Positions 13,718-26,891 of a DNA stretch of 64,000 nucleotides are shown piece after piece (the first letter of the stretch is position 1; every line of letters starts with the position of its first letter). The position numbers were made by a program, and so were the translations under genes. The stretch is taken from assembly GCA_013265495.1 (NCBI GenBank), contig MU058824.1, positions 6,095,245 through 6,159,244 on the forward strand, in the 5' to 3' direction. The notes beneath the pieces are model-generated. The model was not told where the DNA came from. It made no database searches and was given only the letters and a program-made list of their open reading frames with translations. The stretch comes from Vicugna vicugna. Lineage: Eukaryota.

Positions 13718-14189
13718 CAAGCATACCATATTTTATTGGGCTTCACTCTACTGAGTTTTGCACATAGTGCATTCTTTTACAAATAGAAGGTTTGTGGCAT
13801 CTCTTCATTGGGCAAGTCTATTGGTGCCATTTTTCCAACAGAATTTGCTAACTTCATGTCTCTGTGTCACATTTTGGTAATTCTCAAAATATTTGAAACT
13901 TTTTTATTATTATTATATTTGTTATGGTGATCTGTGATCAGTAATATTTGATGTTATTATTGTAATTGGTTTAGCATTTTTTAGCAATAAAATATTTTTA
14001 AATTAAGGTATGTACATTTTTTTAGACATAATGTTATTGCACACTTTGTTATACTGACTCAAGTATAGCGTAAAGGTAACTTTTATATGTACTGGGAAAC
14101 CAGAAAATTCATATGACTTGCTTTATCACGATATATACTTTTGTGCAGTGGCCTGGAACCAAACCCACAGTATCTCAAAGTTATTCCTG
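13718..14189 (+). mobile_element. Tigger1 internal-deletion derivative with TA TSD
   Basis: 5' end 'caagcatacc...ttttacaaatagaaggtttgtggca', 3' end 'ggaaccaaacccacagtatctcaaagttattcctg', TA on both sides; only about 470 bp, no transposase. Confidence 0.88.
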
Positions 14190-17100
14190 TACTTCTCTGT
14201 GCATTGAATGTGCCTAATTCATTTAGGTGAAAAGAGTATTTTTAAAGCCTTATATACCTTTTCCTTATGAAAGGAAATTTTTCTCTTCATGCTATCCTTC
14301 TCTAATAAAGGGAAAATATCTTCCTCTCTCTGTTATCCAGGTCTGTATTTATTCTGTTTTTCTCTCATTATATTATTTTTATTTGGGCAAAAGAACAACA
14401 ATCATGTTTAAGCTTAGGATGGGAAACAACACAGCAGGGTTCCATAAACAGAGTTTAATTGCAGTAATTACTTATGTTAATTATATATCAACTGATCATT
14501 TTTAAGACATATTTATTGAGCACTATCAGCTTTCAGAGGTACCCATCATTCTCCTACTGTCTTTTTCAGATTCTATATCCATGCACAGAATAATCAACTA
14601 TTATTTGACACATGGTATAATAAGTACCTAATGAAATCCCAATTAAAATTGTATTTGAGATGCTTAATTTTAGAGATAAATTAGAAATAATTACATGATT
14701 CAAGAATCCACATCAGACAGGAGAGACACAACTATATCTTCACTAACTGGAAAGGACAAGCACAGATGAAGCCTTTTGATGTGCTTTCCAAAACCTGTTA
14801 CAGAACATTATTGTACCTCAGCAGATGGCTGAGAGATGTCTTTTTATTTTTTTAAATAGACAGTTCCTTTTCATATGCTGACTTGAGTGATTTTAGTTCT
14901 CATTATTACTGTCATCTGTTAGAGACAGAAAAAAAAAAGGGATGGGGAGGAAGCACGTATTTTCCACAAGGCAAGAACATCAGTATAGAAGCAGGCTTTG
15001 AGCACGCTAAGTCTAATTTACTGAGCAGCAATGAGCAGGAGAATGCACCGATTGCCTCTTAGCTGTTCATTTCAAACAACTTATCTTCATTTGGAGCTAA
15101 GACACTTGGTGCTTGCTGGATACAGTGTTTTCCTCTCTCTCTCCTCCCTCTACCCCACCCCCAGCTAATTTTCCCCTCTTAAGATTTAATGAATTCTGGA
15201 ACCAATCAAATGCAGGTTGTTAGGAGACACTAGCCAGGTAAAAGTTTTAATATCATTTCTTTCAGCGTTCAAAAGGTCACTTCCCTACTAGGATCACAAA
15301 AATATATTTGTTCCCTTCTGAGAGAACTATTTAGCATCTAAGGTGGGGTAGAAAACTGCCCCCATGAAGTTCACCAAGACTCTGCTTAGAGCTTCCTTTC
15401 CTTCCTGCAATATCTTAGTTAAGGGGACAACAGGCTCATTTACAACCTCACTTGGGGAAACTGTTAACCAACCGTACATTTCTGATCTATGTAATTTACT
15501 GCTAAAGAACACAATAGCGTCTAATAGAAAACAGCTGTTAGAAAATCCACTCTTTCTGACAGGAGCAGTTCCTAATGTAGGATTTTAATTTTATCTCCTG
15601 ATTGATAACACCCCATTAGCCATATCCAGATTCCTAACTGCAAAATGACGCATGGGCACTATTTTAAGCTCCCTCCCAGATGGGTATCATTATGCTTGCT
15701 TGTCCCTCTGAGCAGAAAGTCCACAGTTTGGGCAGTGAAGTATGATACAGGCACTTATTACTGCCCTGACAAACAAAATGGGAAATACTGGTCACAGCTG
15801 ATCCAGAGTGTTCAAAATGCATAAAGTCAGGAAAGAGATTTGAACAGAAGAGAAAAGATAATGGGTATTCAATACTGTAAAAATACAGAGACATAAAACC
15901 AAAAGTAGTTAGCATTTAATAAAAACATGAAATGTTTTTCTTTGATACTTTGGGCTTTTTAGTTTTATAGGAGAGACACAGGAAGTGTCTTTTTTCCCTA
16001 GTCACATAGGATTGTATTCAAGAATAGATTTGTAGGAAAGATGTGAATTTGGGAGACCAGGATTAATAATTATTGAATCTTTTCTCCTCAACAAAAGCTA
16101 AACAATAATTAATGGGAAGGAAGAGTATTTTCCTATAGCAACCTTACTATAATAGTACCTCAAATGGACAAATCACAGAATCTTCACCAAGTTTCAGCAG
16201 CAAAATATCCAAGATAAAATAAATTTCATTGAAGTGGCAGCAGGAAGAAGGCAAAGGAAGGTCTATTTTCTATGCCAAAGTTCTTGAAGTTCTAATAAAA
16301 TCAGTGACTGATTCATCATGCTTTCTGGAATAACTATACTTATACATCTAAAACCATCCTTCACTACCATAGGTATAACAGAAAGGCACAGGGCCATATA
16401 CTAACCTTAATGAGAGCTATTTAAAACAATTATTTTGTAATGCCTTCAAAGTCCAAAATCAAGGTACATTTCTGTATGGGCTACACCTCAGGGCTGAAGT
16501 GCTCTGTTCATAAGTGGGGACTGTGGTTCATTAAAGAAGACAGGAACTGGAAAAAATCACCAAGTCTCAAGAGCTATCCAAGTTCCTGCATAGTTTGTGC
16601 AGCATTTCTTCACCAGCAAAAAACTTCTCTCAAACAACCTTGTTTCCTCAGTTAGAACTAGGACACTTACAGAGAAATACTACTCTCCAAATATGTTGAT
16701 TTTTGTCATGCTATACAACAGAATTTTTTCTAACCGTAACTGAACGTGCTCCATTTTTGGTTTCTTCTTTTATTTAAGCATCACTTCCTCCACGAGGCCT
16801 TTCCAGACCCTTGAAATAGGTTGTCTCCCACAGTGTATTTACATAGCACAGGATACTTCCCCCATAGCATTTCTCACCACATTTAATGTCTGTCAACCAG
16901 AATTAACCTTTTATTTAACTTATGAATCCATACTGTAGATAATAAAATGACTTCTGCCTGACTTCCCCCCACCTCAATTCTATAATTGAGGATCTCTTGT
17001 AATTTGGAGGCTCCATGTTGCACTCACTGATCTGATCTAAATCCCTTAGTTTATGAATTAAGAAATAAGCATTATCCATGATAACATATTCAATCTGAAG

Positions 17101-18044
17101 CAGGCTTAGACTAGGACTCAGTTTTCATGATTCAATACCAGGGACTTCCACTAGGTGTTAAGATCATTTTTCAACCCATTACAAGAATCTGACCCATGTT
17201 TTCCTCCACTTTTTCTTGGCACCAGCCAATACTCTCACCTTGCCCTCAGCCTGGCTCAGAGGGGAAGTTATTAAACTGAAGGAGAGATATACCCTGATTC
17301 TATGACATATCCCCTAACATCCACATCATTCTCTAAACACTCTGCTGATCCACACCCCTCAAAACACTCCTTGCCTCTGTTTTCCCAGCCTGGCTCGTAC
17401 TGCCTCCTCCCTTACTTTATCACACTTCTCACATTTCTTGCCCTTGCAAAGACTCTCCTCCCCTGGCAAAGACATCTTGTCTTATCCAAGACAGTAGCCC
17501 CAGACCTCAGCTAATAATTGGCCTGCAAATTCCCCTAGATACCAAGTTTAAAAAGTTAGAGCCACTACCTCACCCCTTCCTATCGATCTCCTTTTAATCA
17601 ACTTTCAATAAAGTGTTAGATGAAAGAGTGTGATAAACATTTGTTCCCTTTCCTATCCAGGGAGCATCCACTATTATGTAAGTCTTACACAAAGCAGTAC
17701 CTTGCCTTCCACCACTGGACAGAAAGTAAGGCAAGATACTGCTCTCTCTGTGGCAGTTCAGGCATTTGCTCATTATGTAGGCTCCACCAATCTTGCCTCA
17801 TACTTTGAGTCTCTAGGGAGGGAGGTGAATATGAAAGGACAGTCAGAGAGTATTCATAACCCAGGACTGAAAGTCCAGGGTAAAGTGCCACTTGCAGATA
17901 TAAGCAGTGTAGCCTCTAATATGTCTTCTTCCCTCTTTGTTATGTCATATTCATACTTACACATTTTAACTCATTTTCTTTTTACTTTGCTCTCCCTTTT
18001 CCCTAACTATTGTATATGGACTGTGTTGGAAATAGTTAACTTTA

Positions 18045-18312
18045 TTTTTTTTTACATTTTTTATTGATTCATAATCATTTTACAGTGTTGTGTCAAATTC
18101 CAGTGTTCAGCACAATTTTTCATTCATGGACATATACACACTCATTGTCACATTTTTTTCTCTGTGATTTATCATAACATTTTGTGTATATTTCCCTGTG
18201 CTATACAGTGTAATCTTGTTTATCTTTTCTACAATTTTGAAATCCCAGTCTATCCCTTCCCACCCTCTACCCCCCGCCCCCGGTAACCACAAGTCTGTAT
18301 TCTCTGTCCATG
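18045..18312 (-). mobile_element. Young 5'-truncated LINE-1 3' UTR with 18-bp TSD
   Basis: TGGAAATAGTTAACTTTA at 18027-18044 and 18313-18330; the insert closely matches the reverse complement of about 41240-41508. Confidence 0.95.
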
Positions 18313-19089
18313 TGGAAATAGTTAACTTTATAGTTTATTCCTTGTGGAAAATAGACGGAGGATCAGGACAGAGCTAAGAGGAAGCATGGACAACCCCTAG
18401 AGATTCTAAGTTTGAAGCAGGATGAAGCAACTGACAAGACTCAGAGCCTTATATGTAAAGATGGGCTATATTGCCAGTTCTACAAGGAAGAGTTAGATTC
18501 ATTGTTAAGTGGATGTATTTGTATTTTTAGGGTATAAGTGCAGGAAGAATAGTGTATATGGATTTCAGACAGTCAAAAAAGGGCAAGAATGGGCCTATTT
18601 TATTTTTTGGCTGCCTACAATCTGAATCCGCATCCCTGTTTCAGAGAATCCTCCATTGTGTGGATCTTGGCCATAGGATGAACAGATGATTTATCATCCA
18701 CGTTGAAAAGCTAAGAGTTAAAGAGACAAGTTAATAACCATGCTGGAACAATCAACATCTACCAGGATTGCTCCAGGCAAGCCAGGACATCGTGTCACCC
18801 AAGTCTTAAAAAAGGCAGTCTCTGCTTTCTACAACAGAAATCATCAAGATGGACACAATCCCTCTCCCTGCTCCCTGACAGTTAGGGCACAGGCATATAT
18901 ACTGGTTCAGTCAGATGCTCCTTGAAGAAATGATGTAAAAAATGTATTGGCTGTTAAAAAATATTACTAGCAGTAGCAAATTAAGGTTAAGAGTCTAGTC
19001 ACTACTAGATATGTGAGTGTCTGGTTGCTCTAGGGCCAGCAAAAACATCCCCCTAGCCACATTGTTTTTTTGATATGACTATAACTGGG

Positions 19090-19588
19090 TGTGGTATCTA
19101 GTTTACAAAATGGTTCCCAATAAACCTTGCCTACAGGTATTTACTCCTCTTTCATAGTCCTCTCCTACAATGAATGTGGGTTGGCCTATGATTTGCTTTA
19201 ACCAACAGAATGTGAAGGAAGTTGCTTTAACCAACAGAAAGTGAAGGAAGCAATACTGTGCCAGTAATTGACCTAAACTTTGAGAAGACCTGGAAGCTTC
19301 CATTTTTGTTCTTTAGGGAACCCTGGGCCACCATATATAAAGTCTGGTCACCCTATTGGAGAGAGCACAGGTAGAGGGTGATACTCTAAGATAACAAAGA
19401 ACAAGAAAGGCCCAGCAGTTCAGCTGTCCCTGCCAAAATAGACTTGTGAGGGAGCCATCTTAGATGTTCATCCCAGTTTGGTGCTCAAATGAATATAGCC
19501 ATTCTCAGCACAGTCAACCCATAGAATTAAAGGAGATAAGGCCACTAAGTTTCAGGGTAATTTTTACATAGTAGTAGATAACTAAAAC
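19090..19588 (+). mobile_element. Old MaLR LTR (MLT1G/H-like) with internal 29-bp tandem duplication
   Basis: 'aaaatggttcccaa...gatttgctttaaccaacagaatgtg...gccactaagtttcagggt...agtagataactaaaac'; duplication at 19193-19221 and 19222-19250. Confidence 0.75.
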
Positions 19589-21584
19589 TCTAATCAGTTT
19601 ACCAGCTTATTTTGGTTATTCCCATTTCATAAGCCTGGTTCTCTTATTTTTCCTGTTTCAGTTCATTAGTCTTTATACAAACCTCTTTTCTCTCTCTCTC
19701 GATTTACTCTAGGTGACTTTCTAAATATAATTACCTCCACTTTTTTCTTTCTCGGGTAGGGGCTGCCCAACATTTCAAACATGAGAGCTTCACTTTTACT
19801 TAATAAATTGCATGTAATAGGTGTACTTTTAGTAAAACACACACTGGCAAAAAGCAATTAAGAACTCAGCGATAACCTTAAGCACATGTGTCTATTCTTC
19901 AGAATAACCACAGACACACATTCAAAAACAAAGAACAAAACATCCATGTAGAAGCATGTTACTGATCCAGTACTTAGGAAGTTTACAAACATTTGGCCTT
20001 GGTCCATAGCTCCTCACTTTCAAAGTCCAAGTCTCACAGGGTAGAAGCCACTTAGATGGCACACATGTTTCTCTTTGACATTCTCTTGCAATGAAGTGGT
20101 TCCCAAAATACATTTCTTGGGAAAGAGAAACAATCTGGAAAACATTGTAGCTCAGGACAGATAATACCACTGAGAACAGACATAATAAATACAAAATTTT
20201 TTTAAATTCCAAGAAACCAACAATTTTTGGAGGACAGGGCCATAGGAGAAATCAGCATTTTGGAGAGGAATAAGTCACAGACTGGTATAAATGTTTTACT
20301 AACAAAGCACCTGAATTACAGAGGTGAAGCTATTCATCAATTCAATTAATGGTTAACCATATATATATACTGTCATTCTGGGAACTTCCCTTTCCCTCAT
20401 CCTTCCTATAAATAGGAAAGTATCTACAGACAGATTTTTTCCTATTTGGCCAACTGGCCCACCAATGGAAACAATGAGTTATTTTTGGTATAAGAGTATG
20501 CCAGAATTTAAAAGGTAAGACTTTGGGAAGGGGGAGCTGTTTTGCATCTCTAACCATTTCTGATAGGGAGAAAAAAATCATTAAGATAGAGAAGGGAATA
20601 GCTTCTTTCTTGATAACATATATAATTCACTATTCCTTCTTATTAAAATAGAAAAATGTTACCCATACAAAGTTAGAAACAATTTCTCCTTACTATATTT
20701 TTAATGTGGATCCAGGAGGGTCCACATTAAATAGGGTTATTTTTAAGTTGCACAGTCTCTGGAGATAACCCCAGGAGTATCTTATATATATTTGTATTTA
20801 AAAACAGGCACATAACACTTTAGAGGACTCTAAGGAGCACCTCCTGGTGACTGATGGGTAGTCCAGAGCTCAGCACAAGGGATAACAGCCTATAACAGAA
20901 ACATCCTAAATCAATAAATCTTTATAGATGACATTTTTAACCTTAATGGTAATACAAAGTAATGGCATTAGTGGGAGGTTAGACAAGTGGAAAAGGTCCA
21001 GACTGTGCTTTCTGGCTTAAAAATGACCAGCATAACTCTTCCTCTTGAAGACTGAAAATACACTAGTCTTGTGATCATCAGCTCTTAGAATCCCTGTGTA
21101 AACAAGTCAAATAAGTGAAGAGACCAACCTCTCTCCAAGGCTTTTTGTCTAGAATCACTGTCACTGTCCAATCATCCAATTTCAATAAATCCCAAACTAA
21201 TACTTGCAGGTATCCATCAGGGTATTATAATCATTTTCTTAAACTTAAAAAAAAAAAAAAGCCTCCTCTTTCAAACAGAGCTGTTTTTCTCTCTCAACTG
21301 AGGCCCCAGGCCTGGCTAGGAATCATTAGCCACTGAATGGATGTAAGAAATTCAAACATATTATGAAAATCTTTGAATAATTCAGTTACCAAGTCAGTCA
21401 GCCATAAAAGCCAAATGCCCTAGAAATCAGGCTTCATTAGCTAGCTACTGGCTTCATATAGAGCTGCCCTAAGGATTCTGAGTACTAAAAAAATATCCCA
21501 TGCTTCCAATCTTCCCTGTCATAGCATACTATGAATTTCTTTAAATGTTAGAACACAAGGGAAGGCAGAGGTAAGATGGGACTT

Positions 21585-21792
21585 GAATATTTATCAAATG
21601 CCTACACTGTTCCAGACCCCACCCCCACATACACATGTATTACTTTATTTAATCCTTATAAGAAACCATATTAGCTGTTACTTTCCTATTTTACCATTTT
21701 ACAAATGAGATTCTTAAAATTCTGAGCCATCCCAGGTCATGCAACTAATGAACAGTGAAGAGTAAATTTGAACACAGGTCTGGCTAAATCTA
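21585..21792 (-). mobile_element. MIR SINE
   Basis: 'tttaatccttataag...ccattttacaaatgaga...cccaggtcatgcaactaat...atttgaacacaggtctg'. Confidence 0.7.
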
Positions 21793-22229
21793 CACCCCAC
21801 CTGTCAGCTCTGTGTGGGCACAAACCCATAGGCCTCTCTTCCTAGCCCATGCCACCTTACAGTCAGCAAATACAAAGTTGAGAGACAAAGAGGAAAGGAG
21901 GCACAATGAAGCAGTAGGAAGTACCAGTTAATGATTTGGTAGCAAGAAAAAAAAAATATATATATATAAAGTTCAATCAGACAACACAAAACTCCTATAT
22001 TTTGTAGGAACATACTTCCAAACCTGTCCATGGGCCATTCTTTCCTCCTTAGCCTACCTGTGTCTGGCATTTAGCAACCTCCCCAGCCAAAGGCCAAAGC
22101 ACCTTACACACTCATCTTTTGGAGCACTTTCATGGTTTTATAAACAATGTTAAACTTCAAGTATTTACACTCTTGGCTAATAGAAGAAAGATGACTTCTA
22201 TCTAAACAGAGACTTATCAGGAAAATGGC

Positions 22230-22240
22230 CAAGATGGCGG
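22230..22240 (+). promoter_or_regulatory. YY1-type motif of the L1 internal Pol II promoter
   Basis: CAAGATGGCGG about 10 bp from the element start, the position where YY1 sites occur in mammalian L1 5' UTRs. Confidence 0.75.
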
Positions 22241-22736
22241 AGTAGAAGGACACTCTTAGCTCACCCTTTTCCATGAATACACCAAGAGAGACACTCATGG
22301 ACCCACCTATTCACTCACAACATCTACTGAACTTTGACAGAACATCGCCTTCTTTAAAAGACAAAATTAGTTACAAATCTGGTAGGAGGAAAAGGAGGGG
22401 GGAGGAGAAAAAGAAGAAAATTAGTGTGGGAGGGAGGGAGCAGCAAAGGAGAGATAGTGCTCTTACACTGGGACTCCCCCTCGCCAACAGAGAGGTCAGC
22501 AGGGACTTGAGGGGGAACCTCCAAGGCTCAGACCTGTGCACCACAGCCCTTGGCCGACGAAACAAAGTGAAACAAGCACAAAGAGTCCTTGTTACCCCCC
22601 CAGCCCTAGATGTGAGCCGGCGGGGGTGGACCGGGAATGGCTACCCAGGTAGAAAACTGGGGCCTATTGCGCACAGACAGCCTCAGGCACTGTGGCTGGG
22701 AGTGTATATAGAACAGAATAGCCTGGGTCCCCCATT

Positions 22737-22786
22737 AAAAAAAAAAAAAAGAAAGAAAGGAAGAAAGCAAGCAAGCAAGCAAGCAA
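22737..22786. repeat. Poly-A / (GAAA) / (GCAA)n compound microsatellite in the L1 5' UTR
   Basis: A14 followed by 'gaaagaaaggaagaaagcaagcaagcaagcaagcaa'. Confidence 0.9.
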
Positions 22787-23441
22787 CATTGCTGGTGCAT
22801 ATTGAGAGGAGGGACACAAAGCAGCTGGGCTGTAGCCTTTGGCACCGCAAACCTGTGGCACCACCTCTCGTGCACTGAGGAAAAGAGAGGCAGGGCTCAG
22901 CCATAGCCACCAAATTCGCTGTTGCTTGGCTCCCAGGCAGAGGTGGGGTTGAAACCTGAATCCATACCCAGGGGGTTGTAACTTCATAGGCGGGATTGAG
23001 ATTGGTTCATAGCCCCAAGCAGAGGGGACATCTTTGCTCTGCAGGTACCTTTGTGGACCCACGCCTCTAAGACAAACGAGCAAGGAGCAGAGTTCTGGCA
23101 CACAGCAGGGGCAAGGGCTAGTGCAGCCTTTTCTGCAAACCCACCTACTGTGCGCTGGCAGGCGCCAAGAATGGCGCTGACCAGGTGGTGTGACCCGAAG
23201 CCTCTGGAATGACAGAGCAGAGTTTGTGCAGCAGGGCAGGCGCAGGGGTAGCATCTGGCACTGGGGAGGGCACTGAACTGATAGTGTGCCACAATTCAGG
23301 TGTGCTACCCAGAAGTCGACAGAACTGCACTGATACTCCTGAGGGCAGAGAACCTGGGGGACATCAGAGCAGAGCACTGACATATCCATGGCTAACATGA
23401 GAATAAGGGCAGAGCCAACAAAGAGTATTTAAAAAGCTCCA

Positions 23442-24482
23442 TTTATCATTTGTGGACTTTTGAATGACAGCCATTCTGACTGGTGTTAAGGTGATACCTC
23501 ATTGTAGTTTTAATTTGCATTTCTCTGATAATTACCTATACTTAGCATTTTTTCATGTGCCTACTGGCCATTTGTATGTCTTCACTGGAGAATTGCTTGT
23601 TTAGGTCTTCTGCCCATTTTTGGATAGGTCTGTTTGTTTGTTTGTTTTTTCTTATTAAGTTGTATGAGCTGTTTATATATTCTGGAGATTAAGCCCTTAT
23701 CAGTCTCATCTTTTGCAAATATTTTCTCCTACTCTGTAGGTTGCTTTTTGTTTTGCTTATGGTTGCCTTTGGTGTGCAAAAGTTTATAAGTTTAATTAGG
23801 TCCCATATGTTTATTTTTGCTTTTATTTCTATTGCTTGGGTAGATTTCCCTAGTAGAACATTGCTAAGATTTATGTCACAGAATGTTTTGTTTATGTTTT
23901 CTTCTAAGAGGTTTATGGTGTCTTGTCTTATGTTTAAGTCTTTAAGCCATTTTGAGTTTATTTTTGTGTATGGTGTGAGGGAGTATTCTAACTTCATAAA
24001 TTTACACGCAGCTGTCCAGTTTTCCCAGCACCATTTGCTGAAGAGACTGTCTTTACTTCATTGTATGTTCTTGCCTCCTTTGTCGAAGATTAATTGACCA
24101 AAAGCTTGTGGTTTATTTCTGGGCTCTCTATTCTGTTCCATTGATCCATATGTCTGTTTTTGTGCCAATACCATGCTGTTTTGATTACTGTAGCTCTGTA
24201 GTATTGTCTGAAGTCTGGGGGGCTTATTCCTCCAGCTTCATTCTTTTTCTTTAGTATTGCTTTGGCAATTCTAAGTCTTCTGTGGTCCCATATAAACTTT
24301 ACAATTATTTGTTCTAAATCTGCGAAAAAAAAATGTCCTGGGTAACTTGACAGAGATTTCATTAAATCTGTAGATTGCTTTGGTTGGATGGTCATTTTAA
24401 CAATACTAATTCTTCCAATTCAAGAACATGGGATGTCTTTCCATTTCTTTAAGTCATCTTTAACTTCCTAAATCAGTGTTTT
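23442..24482 (-). mobile_element. Inverted 5' part of nested LINE-1 (ORF2 C-terminal region)
   Basis: Minus-strand ORFs 24090-24395 ([36 protein letters not shown]) and 23689-23997 ([18 protein letters not shown]) are L1 ORF2p. Confidence 0.95.
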
Positions 24483-25267
24483 GATAAATGCTGGAGAGGG
24501 TGTGGAGAAAAGGGAACCCTCCTACACTATTGGTGGGAATATAGTTTGGTACAGCTGGTATGGAAAACACTATGGACATTCCTCAAAAAACTAAAAACAG
24601 AGCTACCATATGATCCAACAATCCCACTCCTGGGCATATATCCAGAAGAAACCTTAATTCAGTAAGACACCCCAATGTTCATAGCAGCACTATTTACAAT
24701 AGTCAAGACATGGAAACAACCTAAATGTCCATTGACAGATGACTGGATAAAGAAGTTGTAGTATATTTATACAATGGAATACTACTGAGCCATAAAAAAG
24801 AATAAAATAATGCCATTTGCAGCAACATAGATTGGCCTGGAGATCATCATTCTAAGTGAAGTAAGCCAGAAAGAGAAAGAAAAATACCATATGATATCAC
24901 TTATATGTGGAATCTAAGGGAAAAAAAAAGACAAACAAATGTATTTACGAAATAGAAACAGACTCACAGACATAGAAAAAAAACTTATGGTTACCAGGGG
25001 GAAGGGGTGGGAAGGGGTAAATTGGGAGTTTGAGATTTGCAGATACTAACTAATATACATAAAATAGATAAACAAGTGTATACTGTATAGCACTGGAAAC
25101 TATATTCAATATCTTGTATTAACTTATGGTGAATAAGAACATGAAAATGAATATATGTATGTTCCTATATGACTGAAGTACTGTGCTGTACACCAGAAAT
25201 TGACACAACATTGTAAACTGACTATACTTCAATAAAAATATATATTAAAAAAAAGGGTCTCAAAAAA
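24482..25267 (+). mobile_element. Sense 3' part of nested LINE-1 (ORF2 end, 3' UTR, poly-A)
   Basis: 'tgataaatgctggagagggtgtggagaaaagggaaccc'...AATAAA at 25231-25236, then A tail. TSD AAA(A/G)AGCTCCA at 23431-23441 and 25268-25278; the left copy sits in a TT/AAAA endonuclease site. Confidence 0.95.
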
Positions 25268-25648
25268 AAAGAGCTCCAATCCCACCTACTACACACCACA
25301 GCTCACAAATTGGTCTGGAAGCCTCTGTTCCTACAAAAGGGGAACAGACCCAGCCCCTGTCAGGGCTGTGACAACCACAGAACAAAAAGGAGGCCCACTG
25401 AACAACCAGAGCAGGCTCTGGTCACCACAACATGGGCAAAACCCCCAATCAAAGGGGTAGCAGCCAACACACATGGAAGAAGGACACGGCAACCACCCAT
25501 ACTGAAAACAGACCTCACAACAAAATTATTAGGGGTGGACAGTCTACACAAGTACTCATCTTCTTTAAAAAAAAGAGAAAAATCCCTTCAAGACCACAGT
25601 AGACAACTGACACTCCATAATCCATAGTACCAGAGAGATATAAGTAAA

Positions 25649-26528
25649 ATGAAGAAGCAGAGGAATGACTCCCAGTTAAAATAACAAAAGAAACCCCCTG
25701 AAACAATGATCAGTGAAATAGACCTGAATAGTCTACTAGATCATGACTTCAAAAAGGGAGTGATCAAAGCACTGAAGGAACTAATAGCGACAGAGAAGAC
25801 TTTAAAAAGGAAATTGAAACTATAAAAAGGAGCCAATTAAAAACAGAAAACCAATGGCTGAGATAAGAGCTGAGCTAAAGGCAGTCAAAATCAGACTAGA
25901 CAATACAGAGGAATGAATAAGTGACCTAGAAGACAGGATAACAGAATCCACCCAATCAGAACAGAATACAGAAAAGCAAGTAAAAATCAATGAAAGCATT
26001 ATAAGGGACCTATGAGAAAATATAAAATGTGCCAACCTACACATAATAAGGGTTCCAGAAGGAGAAGAAAGAGCAAAGGGGATTCAAAAGGTATTTGAAG
26101 AAATCATAACTGAAAACTTCCCAAACCTAAAGAAGGAATCAGATATCCAAGTACAGGAAGCACAGTCGGTTCCAAACAAGAAGAATCCAAATAGACATAC
26201 ACCAAGACATATTATAATTAAGATGGCCAACATTAAAGATAAAGAAATGATTCTAAAGGCAGCAAGACAAAAACAAAGAGTTAGTTACAAGGGAACCCCC
26301 ATAAGGTTTTCAGCTGATTTTTCTACACAAACACTGCAGGCCAGAAGAGAGTGGCAAGATATATTCAAAGATCTAAATGAGAAAAAGCTGCAACCTAGGA
26401 TACTTTATCCAGCAAGGCTATCCTTTAGAATAGAAGGAGAGATACAGAATTTCACAGACAAGCAAAAACTAAAATAATTTAGTAATACTAAACCTATGCT
26501 AAAAGAAATATTTAAAGGTCTACTCTAA
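25649..26528 (+). pseudogene. LINE-1 ORF1p, disrupted
   Basis: ATG at 25649 (MKKQRN); fragment 26223-26477 'YKGTPIRFSADFSTQTLQARREWQDIFK...QPRILYPARLSF'; premature stops; likely native TAA at 26526-26528, in frame with that fragment. Confidence 0.92.
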
Positions 26529-26891
26529 ATAGAAAAAAGCAGGATGTTATAGAAAGGAGAAAATCATAACTGGAAGGGTGATAACTACAATGAGTTGCAA
26601 CAGAATAACATGAAGATGTAAAAGAGAACATCAAAATCATTAAAGGTGGAAGAGGGGAGCAAGGGAATACAGTTTTTTTCATTTTTCATTCTTTTTAGGA
26701 TGTGTTTGAACTTACATGACTATCAGTTTAAAGCAAACAGATATAGTAATGGGTTAATATACTTGAAAAACAGGGTGACTCTTCACCAAAACCAAAAAGA
26801 AACCAAGATAATACAAAAGAAAATTATCAAATCACAAAAAGAAAAAGAAAGGAGCAAAGAGGAAATATGAAATCAACTGGAAAACTTCAAA

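Noticed and set aside
17630..18067. 145-aa ORF with a hydrophobic C-terminus
   Set aside because: Non-ATG start, runs into the T-tract of an antisense L1, and has no recognisable domain.
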